This document shows positions 38,041-51,211 of a DNA stretch of 64,000 nucleotides, one piece after another; the stretch's first letter is position 1, and the number at the start of each line of letters is the position of its first letter. The stretch lies in assembly GCF_001194135.2 (NCBI RefSeq), contig NC_068984.1, positions 23,775,831-23,839,830 of the forward strand, written 5' to 3'. Source of the stretch: Octopus bimaculoides. Its lineage: Eukaryota. The position numbers and the translations under genes are program-made. The notes under the pieces were generated by a model. It had not been told where the DNA came from. It ran no database searches and worked only from the letters and a program-made list of their open reading frames with translations.

Positions 38041-41000
38041 ACTAATCAAGGCAGCGCCTAAAGCAGGTGTAGTAAAAGAATTTGGAAGATGAATGTGGTC
38101 AGAAAATGGATTACCATGGGCAAAAACCTTCCAAACAAGAATTCCATCATCTGAACAATCACAGGACCATTGGCAAATAAAAATAAAGTTGTACAGAGGT
38201 TAGAAAAAATAATCAATTAGAATTTACCAAGAAGTAATCAATTTTCTGAGTTCTGGTTAAAATATTTAAGAAATAGATTCTAAGTGCTAGGTTCACCTTG
38301 AGGAAAAATATCATAAAACGCAAGGCTAAAAAAAATAAATCAAACCCCAAACCCAGCTTACAAATAACCTATTTGTGCACAGTGTACGTAATATTTTATG
38401 GAATGTCTATAAAATATTCCTTTAACTCCATTTCTTTATTTTCAGTTCTTAACCCATTACCTACCAGTGATCTCATATGAGATCACTTAAAAATTACAAA
38501 TTTCGTAATTATCTGTCAATATTTACACATATCCAACCTTTTGCTATATTTACTAGGTATATTTCTCTGATATTCAAATGAGGTTTGCTAATTTTTCACT
38601 CAATATCTCGCTTATTTCTATTTAAAATGTTATTTTGAAATCTTATTTTGAAATGTTATTTTGATCATTCCAGCATGTTTCTAAGGCTGTTTTATGCTAG
38701 AAATCAAAGTTTCATAAAAAAAATTCCAGTTAATAGAATTATGGGAGGTAATGGGTTAAACTAAATACCAAAGTGGATTGAACACTGTGGTGGATAAAAT
38801 TCTCACATGGGAAACAAACGAAAATCTTACAGAAAATAATCTCGAAAAGAATGTTTGAACGTCTCATATGATATAAGGAATAATTTCTGATCAACAAAAA
38901 CAACGAAAAATGTAGAAGGGCGAGTCAACAAGAGTGTCTCTATCTGAAGCTTTTGACAGTCTTCTCCACCGGTGTATACTGGAATGATTAGTCATGAGTT
39001 AGGTAGCACCAATAATACTCAGGTGTATCAAACACTCAAAAATAAATGGAAAACAATTTTGCAGATACTAAACAAAAGAGGGAATTATAAAATTGAAACC
39101 CATCCATAATACAAATATTTCGAAGAAATTACCTCTTTCCATTCAATTAACCAAATGCCAGACAAGGTGGGATTCAGATGGAATCGTCGTGAGAGACAAT
39201 GAAATTTTTCGTTCTCAGATAGATGAAAGCAGAATAAACTCCAAAGTGATTTGGACATCAAGTCGGAGCGAAGATGTGAATTAGATATCACAAAAGCATC
39301 TGTCGTCTTTATCTCTTTTACAAACACCGTATCTCTATATAAATATGTAATGCTATTTTGTTTTCACTAGGTAGTAGACTTCATATTTATTGGTAAAAAA
39401 CGAAATGAGATATTGTGAATTGGTCTTTTCCACAAATCAATTATAGCTTGAACAAAATTATACGGTTACAAACAATAATAATAGTTTCTCATGTCAGAAA
39501 TTCTCGCCCTTATTCCTTCGTTTTGTGACATTGCTGTAACCAACCCACCAAGTTTCTTTCCAAAGTGTTAGTCCTTTGGAATTATCTCCTTACTCGTTGT
39601 TTATCCTGTATCAAGCTCACCGGTCTATGAGGCAGCACAAACGCCATGGGCATTGCCTTTCCCTCTATACTAAAGAAGTAAAGAAAGCGTGGTTAGTATA
39701 GATTCTTGTGTGGCGTTTTCCGACCCATAGTATCCCCCAATGCAAGATTAGCCTTTATAATACAAAAGGAAAAAATGGGAACTACAATGTTTGAAACTTT
39801 CCTATTATTAATGGCATTAATGAAGTGAAACGGTTAGAACTAGAAAAATATTTGCTTGGAATATTCGCTTCACGAAGTTCATTGCTTTCTCTACAAAAAT
39901 ATTTCTTCCCTGTAATATAAAATCCTCCACTTTTTACGATAGGGTTTACCAGATTTACTAAGCCCAGTTATATCGTTGGAGCTCGTTTTATCGATCGTAG
40001 AAGAAAGAAATCAAAATAGATTTGGATTCTGAAATAGAGCAAAGGCTAAATATAGGAAACACTATCACATGGAATACAACGTTTTCACTATCACTACCTT
40101 TCTGTTTGATAGTAAATCAAGGTCTGGGGTAGAGATAACCTTCCGGCGAACCAAATAAGAGACTTAATTTTTGTTCACAAATCCTATTTAATACTCTTCA
40201 TTCTGACTTATTTCCACATATATTTATATTTGTACATTTGAGAGAATGAACCCTAACTAAGAAATTAGTAACAATAAATACTCTTTTGTGTATTAGATAT
40301 ACAATAATTTCGTTCTTAAGAATATAGAAAAGCGACAGAGTATATAGGTTAATAGTTCGATAAATAGTTACAACGCTAATAATAACTCTTAAAGAAATAT
40401 ACCAGTGCAATGAGGTTCTTAAGTTCGTATGTAATATGCTGTGAGAAAGCGTTTATAAACTGTTTCTGCACTTAGTATCATAAATGATATTGTGTCACTT
40501 AAGATATTCAAAGAATAACTACCGAAATAGTTTATTTATTTGATTGTTTCATTTATTTGGCCTTGACACTTGGTATTTTATATAATCCAGAGTCAATAAG
40601 TAGTACGCAAGTAAATAAAACATATTCTAATTAAACAAAGATATCTACCTACCTACTTATACGAATTTATATTTATGTGTTTGTGTATAATTACCTACAC
40701 CAACTACATGCCATGATGTAGTATACAATATAGGAGACATCATGACGCCAAACCGTACTAAAAGCTCTTACGATATTATTTATTATTAGGGTGCATTTGT
40801 CAAAGACTAACCAAGTACATTTGCTTACTTATATTTTCAGTAAACACATTTGCATCATGGTTACATACCGAGTAGAATAGACAGATCACATTTTTAATTG
40901 CCTCAGCAAAGAAGAGAAAAATGACTGAACATTGTTATTCTTCATCTTATTGTGTTCAGTGGCACATTTATAATAATGTTCAAGTAAAAATAGGGCACAA

Positions 41001-41077
41001 TTTGATTTTGATTCACTGATTCTTTTTACATATATTATCCTAAAATTGAAACCAATCTTCATTTTCGCAATAATAGA

Positions 41078-41135
<58 letters not shown>

Positions 41136-41377
41136 GAAAACTCACAGCTTATTTTGTTGGGTATGATGGAAAGTGTTAGCTGTCCACAGCTAGCAGACTA
41201 AGGTGACACTCGTTTACTGGTCATGCTTCAAGAACCCTGCAAATTTTTATTATCATTCTTCTTCTTCTTCTTCTTCTTCTTCTTCTTCTTCTTCTTCTTC
41301 TTCTTCTTCTTCTTCTTCTTCTTCTTCTTCTTCTTCTTCTTCTTCTTCTTCTTCTTCTTCTTCTTCTTCTTCTTCTT

Positions 41378-41410
<33 letters not shown>
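41078..41410. repeat. (ATT)n at 41078-41133 and (TTC)n-(ATT)n at 41256-41410
   Basis: Directly visible. Confidence 0.95.
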
Positions 41411-41412
<2 letters not shown>

Positions 41413-41554
41413 GGCGGCGAGCCAGCAGAATCGTTAGCACGCCGGGAAAAATACTTAGCGGCATTTCGTCCGTCCTCATGTTCTGAGCTTAAATCCTGCC
41501 GAGGTCGACTTTGCCTTTATTCCTTTCGGGGTCAATAAAATAAGTACCAGTTGA
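41411..41554 (+). mobile_element. Nin/Deu-domain SINE, 3'-truncated
   Basis: AAGGCGGCGAGCCAGCAGAATCGTTAGCACGCCGG...GAGGTCGACTTTGCCTTTATTCCTTTCGGGGTCAATAAAATAAGTACCAG. Confidence 0.88.
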
Positions 41555-41560
41555 GAGGAC

Positions 41561-41700
41561 AAATATATGAAGCCCAATATACCCATCATGACTACCCGAC
41601 TGATAAGGCATATACATTAGAACCATATGTGCGCGGCATGGTGATCTTATATCAAGATGAACAGCGCATGATCTTGCAGCTGGGGGTCCAGTTAAAATTT
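41561..41700 (+). mobile_element. Fragment of the non-coding element at 61424-62010, in opposite orientation
   Basis: AAATATATGAAGCCCAATATACCCATCATGAC...GGCATGGTGATCTTATATCAAGATGAACAGCGCATGA is the reverse complement of about 61830-61965. Confidence 0.8.
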
Positions 41701-41705
41701 TTTTT

Positions 41706-41930
41706 TAAGCTGAAGTGGTGAACCGGCAGAATCGTTAGCGCGTCGACCAAAATGCTTTGTGGCATTTAGTTACAACCCTTTAAACATTTTGAATTCAAAT
41801 CCCACCAAGGTCAACTTTGTATTTCAGCTTTTCGGGGGTTGATAAAATAAAACACTAGATTAAGCAGTGTAGCCGATAGTATCGATTAACTCTTTCCCTC
41901 AAAATTTCTGGCCTTGTCCCTAAATTAAAA
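41706..41930 (+). mobile_element. Nin/Deu-domain SINE
   Basis: GAACCGGCAGAATCGTTAGCG..AAGGTCAACTTTGTATTTCAGC..GATAAAATAAAA..AAATTTCTGGCCTTG. Confidence 0.75.
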
Positions 41931-41939
41931 CCCATTAAT

Positions 41940-42122
41940 GCGGGTGAGTTTGTAGCATCCTTAGGATGTCGGAAAATTGCTTTTCTGTATTTATTCCGGT
42001 TCTTTCCATATTCTGAAGTCAATTCCCACTGGTGTCAACTTTGCCTTTTATCCTTTCAGGTCGATAAAGTTAAGTACCAGTTAAGTACCAGTCAAGTACT
42101 GAGGTCGATAGCATCGACTAGC
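41940..42122 (+). mobile_element. Nin/Deu-domain SINE with an 11-bp internal triplication (GTTAAGTACCA)
   Basis: GTCAACTTTGCCTTTTATCCTTTCAGGTCGATAAA GTTAAGTACCA GTTAAGTACCA GTCAAGTACTG AGGTCGAT. Confidence 0.7.
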
Positions 42123-42750
42123 CATTCCACTCATACATACATACATACATACATACATGTATAAAGGTGGTCCTGTTCTTTTCGATAGGCAGGTATGTTT
42201 CCAGTCACTTCTGTAATAATGGGTATAATACTGAAAGCATATTTTGGGCACTAGTTTTGTAGACTCTTTATGAGCGGTCCGTAGATGCTGTATCAAAATA
42301 AGAACTACTAATAGTTTCTTGCCATTAAGACACCTGGCTTGACAAGTTTTCATCACGTACCTTGTGTCTTCAAGCAATCTCCAGCTCTGAGCACATGATT
42401 TGTTCTATATGAAAATCTGGATGCTGGTACATGAGAAACCACTAGGAAAAACGAGAGGAAGGTTGGTACATAAAGCAAAATGAGAAGGCAAAAGGTAAAT
42501 AAAAACGGAAAAGGAAAAGAAGAATATTAGAGTTTGATCGTAGAAGTCAAATTCAATTAGTTGTAGAATAATTCAACGGAGAAGGGTCCAAAGTCTGCGA
42601 GACAGCCGCTCAGTCTGGAGAGAACGGTGTCCTCCAGTTCCTAAAAAAAGAAGATTGTTCATGAATTTGCATTTGAAAATTTCGGATCTGGAATTAATGA
42701 GTGTGATGAAATTTTAGAAATCCAAAAAGAGTGTGCAATCTTTCAGCTAC

Positions 42751-42912
42751 GCATCAGTTGTGGCTGTTCGGTAAGTAGCTTGCTTACCAACCACATGGTT
42801 CCGGGTTCAGTCCCACTGCGTGGCACCTTGGGCAAGTGTCTTCTACTATAGCCTCGGGCCGACCAAAGCCTTGTCAGTAGATTTGGTAGACGGAAACTGA
42901 AAGAAGCCCGTC

Positions 42913-42950
<38 letters not shown>

Positions 42951-43422
42951 NNNNNNNNNNNNNNNNNNNNNNNNNNNNNNNNNNNNNNNNNNNNNNNNNN
43001 NNNNNNNNNNNNNNNNNNNNNNNNNNNNNNNNNNNNNNNNNNNNNNNNNNNNNNNNNNNNNNNNNNNNNNNNNNNNNNNNNNNNNNNNNNNNNNNNNNNN
43101 NNNNNNNNNNNNNNNNNNNNNNNNNNNNNNNNNNNNNNNNNNNNNNNNNNNNNNNNNNNNNNNNNNNNNNNNNNNNNNNNNNNNNNNNNNNNNNNNNNNN
43201 NNNNNNNNNNNNNNNNNNNNNNNNNNNNNNNNNNNNNNNNNNNNNNNNNNNNNNNNNNNNNNNNNNNNNNNNNNNNNNNNNNNNNNNNNNNNNNNNNNNN
43301 NNNNNNNNNNNNNNNNNNNNNNNNNNNNNNNNNNNNNNNNNNNNNNNNNNNNNNNNNNNNNNNNNNNNNNNNNNNNNNNNNNNNNNNNNNNNNNNNNNNN
43401 NNNNNNNNNNNNNNNNNNNNNN

Positions 43423-43454
<32 letters not shown>

Positions 43455-43625
43455 TCCCCCTTGCAGTGCTTGACAGCCGATGCTGGTGTGTTTATGTCCC
43501 CGCCACCTAGCGGTTCGGCAAAAGAGACCGATGGAATAAGTACTAGGCTTACACAGAATAAGGCGGTGCTCCAGCATGGCCGCAGTCAAATGACTAAAAC
43601 AAGTAAAAGAGAGATAAAAGAGAGA
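42751..43625 (+). mobile_element. Full-length CORE-domain SINE; the internal (TA)n..(TG)n is an assembly gap
   Basis: Head GGCTGTTCGGTAAGTAGCTTG..GGTTCAGTCCC (B-box-like), GTGGCACCTTGGGCAAGTGTCTT (CORE-like), and 3' module ending AAACAAGTAAAAGAGAGATAAAAG. Confidence 0.9.
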
Positions 43626-45039
43626 TATGGCATGGGTCTATCTATGATTTTCCACTTGATTGTATGTTGTGTGCAGTTAGTCTTCACGCCCTATACATGG
43701 CTAGCTAACTGAGTGGTTTTACTTTTCTCGATGTGCTGGAAAGAAGACTGGTGATTTGCATAACGTCTCTTAAAATTGCCTTCGCATAAACCGATAAGTT
43801 GCTGCAACTTATGCCTCATAGACGACAGAGTCTACCATACACACCTGACATTATCTTGATGTTATATTCCTTGGTTGTCTAGGTCACAAAAGGAAACACT
43901 CAGATGAAAAATTATGGCAACGTGTTCCAACATCGGATATATTTTCATACACCCTAAGTACTTTTAGCATTCCATACCAGATCGAGTAATTTCAAGTCAT
44001 TGATAAAGATTTACTTGTCATGCTTGTAGTTTTTCTTAGTTTTACAATCATATAAGAACGTTTATCCTATCCGAACTCCTTCTCTGTATCCATTGGAAAT
44101 GTGGTAATCAGGTCAAGGCTCTTCTTAATATTGCTGTTTCTTGCCTTTCAAATTTATTCAATAAAAAGGACAAGTGGTTTATTCAAAAACAACATCGCAA
44201 AGAGACAGTCACCTTGAAAAGCACCCTTACAATATTGTAGCCTATCAGTGACAGTACAATCACTTCCTGTATGTATGTATGTATGTATGTTTATCTGCTT
44301 GCATGTATGTATATAGGCATGTGGCATACTATAACGTTGAATAGAATTATGTTTGAATTGTATTCACTATAATTTATACTAAAGAAGTCATAAAGTAGGC
44401 GAGATAAACTGCGCTTTAAAAGATATTCACCATTGTTAGGTTGTTAAATTAAAAACTAAATGTAAACAAATTTTGCCATATTGGCAAGTTTTCTTTTCTT
44501 TTTATTTATCATTAAAATCTAGCCTGAAAGATTATCTTTGTAAGTCATGTAAAAAATAAACATATAAAATGAGTGACGGACGCCTTATAATTATTATTTA
44601 ACACAAAGCTAGCTTGGTGCTGACGATTAGTACAGAGTATACTATTTGTTATATAAATTTTATATCACGACTGAGGAAGAATCTTGTCGTTGATTACTGG
44701 GTTCTGACAGATCAATCATGGTTCGCTGCACTTCCGACTTATGATCAAAGGCGTTTCAGACATGATTACCCCGTCTTTTGCATATTTGGGACTACCTTGG
44801 TCATATGTCTTTCCTGTGTTAAGAGAATTGGGGAAACTGGCTGTTATTTCTAGAAAACTGAGTGACCAGGTTGAGAATCCTTTGCAATGCTTTGTACCAT
44901 GTCAGTATTATTGTTGTATAAGGCTGCGACTCCAAGTTTCGCCTTAACTGTTTGTTCAACTAGGCTGGTTGCATTAAATCGTTAGGTGAAACTTGAACTT
45001 TACAGTATACTATACACAACAATAATTATAATCCTTTCT

Positions 45040-45237
45040 ATAATAGGCACAAAGCCCAAAATTTTGGTGAAGGGGCGAGTTGATTAAACCGACTCTCGTA
45101 CATAACTGGTACTTGTTTTATTCACCCTGAATGGCAAGGTCAACCTCACTGGAATTTAAACTCAGAACGTAAAGGCAGACGAAATGCCGCTAAGCACTTT
45201 TCCCAGCGTGCTAAGGTTCTGCCAGCTCACCGCCTTA
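45040..45237 (-). mobile_element. Nin/Deu-domain SINE
   Basis: ATAGGCACAAAGCCC tail through GTTCTGCCAGCTCACCGCCTT head. Confidence 0.82.
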
Positions 45238-45264
45238 GCTTTCCATAAATATTAATTTCAAGTT

Positions 45265-45457
45265 TTGATACTAAGCAAGCAAATTCAGAGGAGCGGCTAT
45301 CGATTAAATCAACACCAGTGCTCAACAAGCACTTATTTTATGTACACTGAAAGGTAAAGTCGACCTTGGCGGTATTCGAACTCAGAACGTAAGGAGGGAC
45401 AAATTGTCACTAATCACTTTGCCTGCCGTGCTAACGGTTCTGCCAGCTCGCTGCCAT
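45265..45457 (-). mobile_element. Nin/Deu-domain SINE, in tandem with the previous copy
   Basis: AAAGGTAAAGTCGACCTTGGCGGTATTCGAACTCAGAACG..GGTTCTGCCAGCTCGCTGCC. Confidence 0.8.
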
Positions 45458-46744
45458 AGATTTCCATAAATATTACTGTTACTAATTGTTAAGTAATTTT
45501 TCTTTTCTGTTTTGGAAGTAGAAAAGGCGGGTATCACGACATCGCAACTGTTATTAAAGCATTAACATTCTTCTAAATATATATTATCAAGAATTAATTT
45601 GCAAAAATCAATATCTGCCCTACAAAAGACATCACGGCAAATGTTTTATTTTAACAAATGCTCCACTTGTTTTTCTTTGAAGAGCGTGTCAAATGCTAAT
45701 CATTTTTCTTATAACCAGGATATTATATTTTTGTTGCAGTAAATAAAAAATAACAAAATGGTGTACAGAATAGTTAAACTTACTTTCTATTATGAAACCT
45801 TAACTGTGATTGGCTATAATGTCGTACACTTCTCACCTTTTATTACTCTCTCTCTCTATTTTCTCATCTTTTCTACTGTTTTTTTTTTCGTCAACCCTAA
45901 ATTGCATTTCTCACACATGCACGAACATGCATAAGAATTTAGAAATATTACAAGAAAATAATAACAAAAATATACAGAAATAATGAAATAAGAGAGAGCA
46001 GGTTGATAAAATATTCTTGCATTAGTTTTTATGCAAACTGTTATAAATAACTGAAATACTCTCTGCTAGACTTCGACTGTTATTCCTGTTAACTGCATGA
46101 TGCCTCAGATCAAACGAAATAAATAAATGAAAAAAGAAAACATCAATTTGTTCAGATAGTGCATGTCTCAATGCAGTGTCATAGCTCACATTTAATAACT
46201 TAATTTGTTGAAGAAATCTATATTGGAGCAATAGTTATCTCTTTAGGTTTCGTTAAAGATCGATTTGTACCATTTTAACTCCTTTTATGGTTTTCATTCC
46301 AGATAAAACATGAGAAAAATGTATAAAAAGAAAAGGAAAGAAAAATTTGAAAACAAAAATTTATTTTCTTCAAGTCTTCAATTATAAATCGGATTCCTTC
46401 TGATCAGAAAATATATTCCTATTTCATACTTTCTTTTCTGCTTCCAATTGGGGTTTAGTGGTATTAAGTTAATCACGAAGGTCGGCATGAAAGGCAGAAC
46501 AAGACCTAAGTTCATATCAAGTGGTTGGGATTATGGTATGGAGTCAATTCACTACAGTTAATGCGCTGGGGAAAAGCAAGTTACAACTCCCCACTTCCTA
46601 CTTTATTTATGAGCTTGAACCGAATATACATACATGTCAATTATAATTTTTTATAATAATTAGTTTATAATTCATTCAAAATCCATAACTTAATACGAAC
46701 GTGGCTGTACAAGAATGTATGTTTCAATAGTCAGCTGGGGGTCT

Positions 46745-47322
46745 CAGTTTCCACTCCAGACATGACTGGCTGTTGGCTTCCCTGTGGGAAGATTGAGTTT
46801 TTTTAGTCGACTCCAATAGTTAATGCCTGTCATGCCGTCCATCTTTCTTGTTATTGATCTCTGGAGTGCTTCCACTTTCACAATGAGTTGCTTCGTGTGG
46901 GGAGACCGCAGAGTAGAGAAGGATGATGGTGTAACCATCTCTAGACCAGAAAATTCTTAGAATCCAGGAGTACATCTTGTGGGCCAAATCAACCTTGCTT
47001 GTTATCAACAATTACTCCAAGGTCTCTGGTGTTGTTGGATAACATTAGGGAGTCGCCCGAGGCAAGGACATATGATAGTTTCAGAGTATCCTCTTTTCCA
47101 AAGTGGATCAAATTAAACTTATCTTCATTTAGAAGCATATTGTCCTTTTCTGCCCATTCGACAACAATAAACAGATCCGATTGAAGGTATGTTCGGTCTC
47201 CAATACCGTTTATGGCCTTCTGGAGCTTGGAATCATCTGCAAAGATTTTCACTGTACAATGTTTGATGATGTCTACTATGTCATTGATGTAGATAATGAA
47301 GAGGAATGGGTTCAACACAGTA
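46745..47322 (-). mobile_element. CR1/L2-like LINE RT fragment with internal deletion
   Basis: NPFLFIIYINDI..KIFADDSKL..LQSDL..WAE..MLLNEDKF..RDLGVIVDN (FADD motif), then LQRSITRKMDGMTGINYWSRLKKLNL. Confidence 0.88.
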
Positions 47323-47587
47323 CCTGTTGGTTTTATTATTAATCTGGATGTTGCGAGAATGATATAGGGTTGAGCTGACCACCCGATAATGTTATACTGG
47401 GTTACACGGACCAGAAGTAATTAAAACATGACTGGTTTACAATAAGTTTAACGAATACCATGGTGCAGAGCTAAGTTCCTTGTGAATCGAACTCGTGATC
47501 CAGTTTATGTTTCTATTTCCAGGGATTTCTGAAGCATTTTTTTTTCAGAAATGCAAGTCATAATTTCTTTCATTCACTCAGTACATA

Positions 47588-47830
47588 TGGCTGGTCAGTG
47601 GTTCTCCCTATCCATTATACAGCCCGGGCCTGGTGCTCTCTGACTAGCACTTGTTCGGTCGGATGATGTGTAGTTTCAGAGACGTATATTTGATAACAGA
47701 GACGAGGTGAAAGTGGTTGTGAAGCGGTGGGTATATAACAGTGCACACCTGGATAGTTTTTTTAAGTAGATTGAAGAACTAGATTCAAAGAAGGCGCAAA
47801 AGCATCGCTTGTGATGAAAGCTGTTGAGTC
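47588..47830 (+). mobile_element. Mariner transposase C-terminal remnant
   Basis: PLYSPGLVLSD*HLFGRM (compare PPYSPDLAPSDYHLF) and RIFDNRDEVKVVVKRW..SFFK*IEEL. Confidence 0.65.
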
Positions 47831-47884
47831 ACACATATATTACACGTACACATACATACGTATATGTGTGTGCATATATGTGTA

Positions 47885-48130
47885 GGGAGAGAGAGAGAGA
47901 GAGAGAGAGAGGGTGAGGGAGGAAGAAAGAGGGAAATGGAGAGAGGGAGAGGAAGAGAGAAAGAGAGAGAGAGGTAAAGACAGAGAGAGAGAGAGGTAAA
48001 GACAGAGAGAGAGAGGTAAAGACAGAGAGAGAGAGGTAAAGACAGAGAGAGAGAGGAGCAAGAGAGAAAGGGAGAGAAAGGTAAAGACAGAGAGAGAGGG
48101 AGAGGAAGAGAGAAAGGGAGAGAGAGGTAA

Positions 48131-48172
<42 letters not shown>
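47885..48172. repeat. (GA)n-rich array with repeated (GA)n-GGTAAAGACA units
   Basis: GAGAGGTAAAGACA occurs repeatedly between about 47970 and 48135. Confidence 0.85.
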
Positions 48173-48175
<3 letters not shown>

Positions 48176-48225
48176 AAGTGATGTGATAACCGTGTTTACA
48201 TAGAACGCTAAATGTATGTGCGGTT

Positions 48226-48281
<56 letters not shown>

Positions 48282-49761
48282 GTGACCGACTGACAGATCC
48301 AGCAATTATTATTATAATAGATTGCAGTATTTAATTTCGTATATACTGCGTTGAGTTCCTGCCGGAATCAACTTTATTGTTTACTTATTCAGTGTCATTA
48401 AAATAAATATCTCTAATATACTGTAGAAGATTTAATTGCCCCAAACCCTTACCTGCAAAAGTTGACCTTGCATAAAGTTATATGAAACTCATAAATACTT
48501 GTAGACAAATAAACTAAAAAGTCACAACAGAAGCTAAAGTCAGTCGACTTCATTTCGAAGGGAACTACATTTTGACTCGAGAATTTAAAATGTTCAAAGA
48601 CATTTGCTAGTACAATGTAGCTCACAGAAGTGTATGAAAAGGGATTGAAAATCTTTTAAAGATATGATGTCATTTCCTTATTTAGTCTCTCCCCTATTTT
48701 TAACCCTTTTAAAGTATTATCGATTCAGAAAGATATTTTACTTTCAAAATACATTATTTTCATTTTTAATCCTATTTGATGGAATTGACAGTAATGACGA
48801 TAAGGAACCACATGGGGTGACCTCTGCCTTTCTTTGCAGGCAGAAACACATATAGCTTTCCTCTGCAGCTTCCGTTCAAACTCATTAAGTGACTTCCTGT
48901 TAATGATCGTGATTTTAATTCACCTTATACATATAAATCCCGCTTCTTCTGTTATCTGTGATTTGTCATTCCTTCTTGCAGTTGTCCTTCGAGTTTTACA
49001 TCATTTGTTTTTCTCTTTCTTCTTCTTCTTCTTCCTCTTCAAGATTATATTTGCACTGCAGTCTTGTGTACATTGCTATCAATCAGTAAATCGAGCGAAG
49101 GTAAAAGGAATGCAGAAGAAAAGAATGAATAACGACATTTCCTTCTTAACACTACTTCTTGTAAAGGTAAATTCTGCGTTTTCAAAAAAGCGCGTGCGCA
49201 AAGAGAAAATTGGTTATAGAATATTCATTCTCGAACGCCTATCTCCATAATTGTTGCTTCTGTTCTTTTTGGGTCATTTCCTTTCAGTTCCCACCTATAA
49301 TCGTCATTATGAAAATAATGAGTCTCATTAGCATTTCCACGGGGGAATAATAATCAAGCACGAAAGCGTTATTCTCTGACCTGATCTTGACCGTATGGCT
49401 TTAAGGTGCCTGAAACGTCAAAGTGAGCGCTAGTAATAACCAAGTAGTATTGTGTTGGTGTAAGAAGGTATACGCTATTGAATTCCTTCCTATAACTTAC
49501 TTTTCGCCGCCAGTCTGGCGTCAGTGAATCCCTAGCGCCAACCTAAATCAGAATATTGCTAAAATTGGTCTAAAATAACCACTTATTTTGCTTCAATGCG
49601 TTCACCTGTAACATATTGAAATATAGACGAATAAATGAGGCCAAATTTTTTTCCCCCACGAATCAAAATTCAATTGCTTTCAGGCTTTCTTTTTCTTTTT
49701 TTTTACTTACTTTACTTTCTCAAATGCTATGGTAATTTATAGCTAACTCTTTCTTATAAAA

Positions 49762-49787
49762 TCCTCCTCCTCCTCCTCCTCCTCCTC

Positions 49788-49835
<48 letters not shown>

Positions 49836-50079
49836 TTGCTACTACTACTACTACTACTACTATTACTACTACTACTACTCCTTCCTCTTTTTCGTCCTTA
49901 CCACCACCACCACCACCACCACCACCACNNNNNNNNNNNNNNNNNNNNNNNNNNNNNNNNNNNNNNNNNNNNNNNNNNNNNNNNNNNNNNNNNNNNNNNN
50001 NNNNNNNNNNNNNNNNNNNNNNNNNNNNNNNNNNNNNNNNNNNNNNNNNNNNNNNNNNNNNNNNNNNNNNNNNNNNNNN

Positions 50080-50142
<63 letters not shown>
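49762..50142. repeat. (TCC)n(CTA)n..(CCA)n-gap-(AG)n compound microsatellite
   Basis: Directly visible. Confidence 0.9.
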
Positions 50143-50146
<4 letters not shown>

Positions 50147-50443
50147 AAGAATGAGAGAGAGGTACAGAGAGGTACCTATGCGTAAATCAATCTATCTGTT
50201 CATATCTGCTGATTGGCTGCAATGTATGCAGATAGCAGATCGAGAAGAAAACTTAGGTAAAATTTATTGTAAGAGGAAACACGTCTTTTAAAAGAATAAG
50301 ACTAGTGATATGGAAGTTGAATATGAGTTCAAAATCAATTTAGTGCGGCAAAAATTTGTCATCAATTTCTTTTTCCAATTACAACTCGTGTCCATTAGAA
50401 ATAAGTATTTAAAAGCAAGGAAGACGTTGATGAAAATTCGAAC

Positions 50444-50648
50444 TTTATCTTTTATCTTTTACCTGATTCGCCTTGAAGGGTTTTAGTCGAACAAATCGAC
50501 CCCTGTACTTATATTTTTTAAGCCTGATACTAATTCTATCGAAATCTTATACCGAGCCGCTAAGTCACGAGGACATTGGTAAACCAACACCGGTTATCAA
50601 ACGGTGATGGAATATGAACACAAACACAAGCACACACATATATATGGC

Positions 50649-50691
<43 letters not shown>

Positions 50692-50905
50692 NNNNNNNNN
50701 NTCTGTCTGTCTGTCTGTCTGTCTGTATGTATGTATATATGTATGTATGCACGACGGGTTTCTTTTCAGTTTCCGTCTACCAAATCCAGTCATAAGGCTT
50801 TGGTCGGACCGGGGCTATAGTAGAAGACACTTGTCCAAGGTACCACGCAATAGAACTGAACCCGGAACTATTTGGTTGGGAAGCAAACATATACATTCAC
50901 ACCTG
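50444..50905 (-). mobile_element. CORE-domain SINE with internal (TCTG)n(TATG)n
   Basis: Both modules recognisable around 50648-50750. Confidence 0.82.
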
Positions 50906-50978
50906 TATATGTTGTTAAGCATTTAATATGGCTCTCCGCTACTTCTTCCCAGTCGATATATTTTAAATAAAAATAATA

Positions 50979-51177
50979 TACTCTTTTTACTTGTTTCAGT
51001 CATTTGACTGTGGCCATAATGGAGCACCACCTTTAGTCGAAGAAATCGACCCAGGACTTATTCTTTGTAAGCTTAGTACTTATTCTATTGGTCACTTTTG
51101 CCGAACCGTTATGTAACGGGGATGTAAGCATACCAGCATCGGTTGTCAAGCGATGTTGGGGGACAAACACAGACACA

Positions 51178-51211
<34 letters not shown>

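Noticed and set aside
43800-44010. PYTPDI mariner-like motif
   Set aside because: Too degenerate to support a call.
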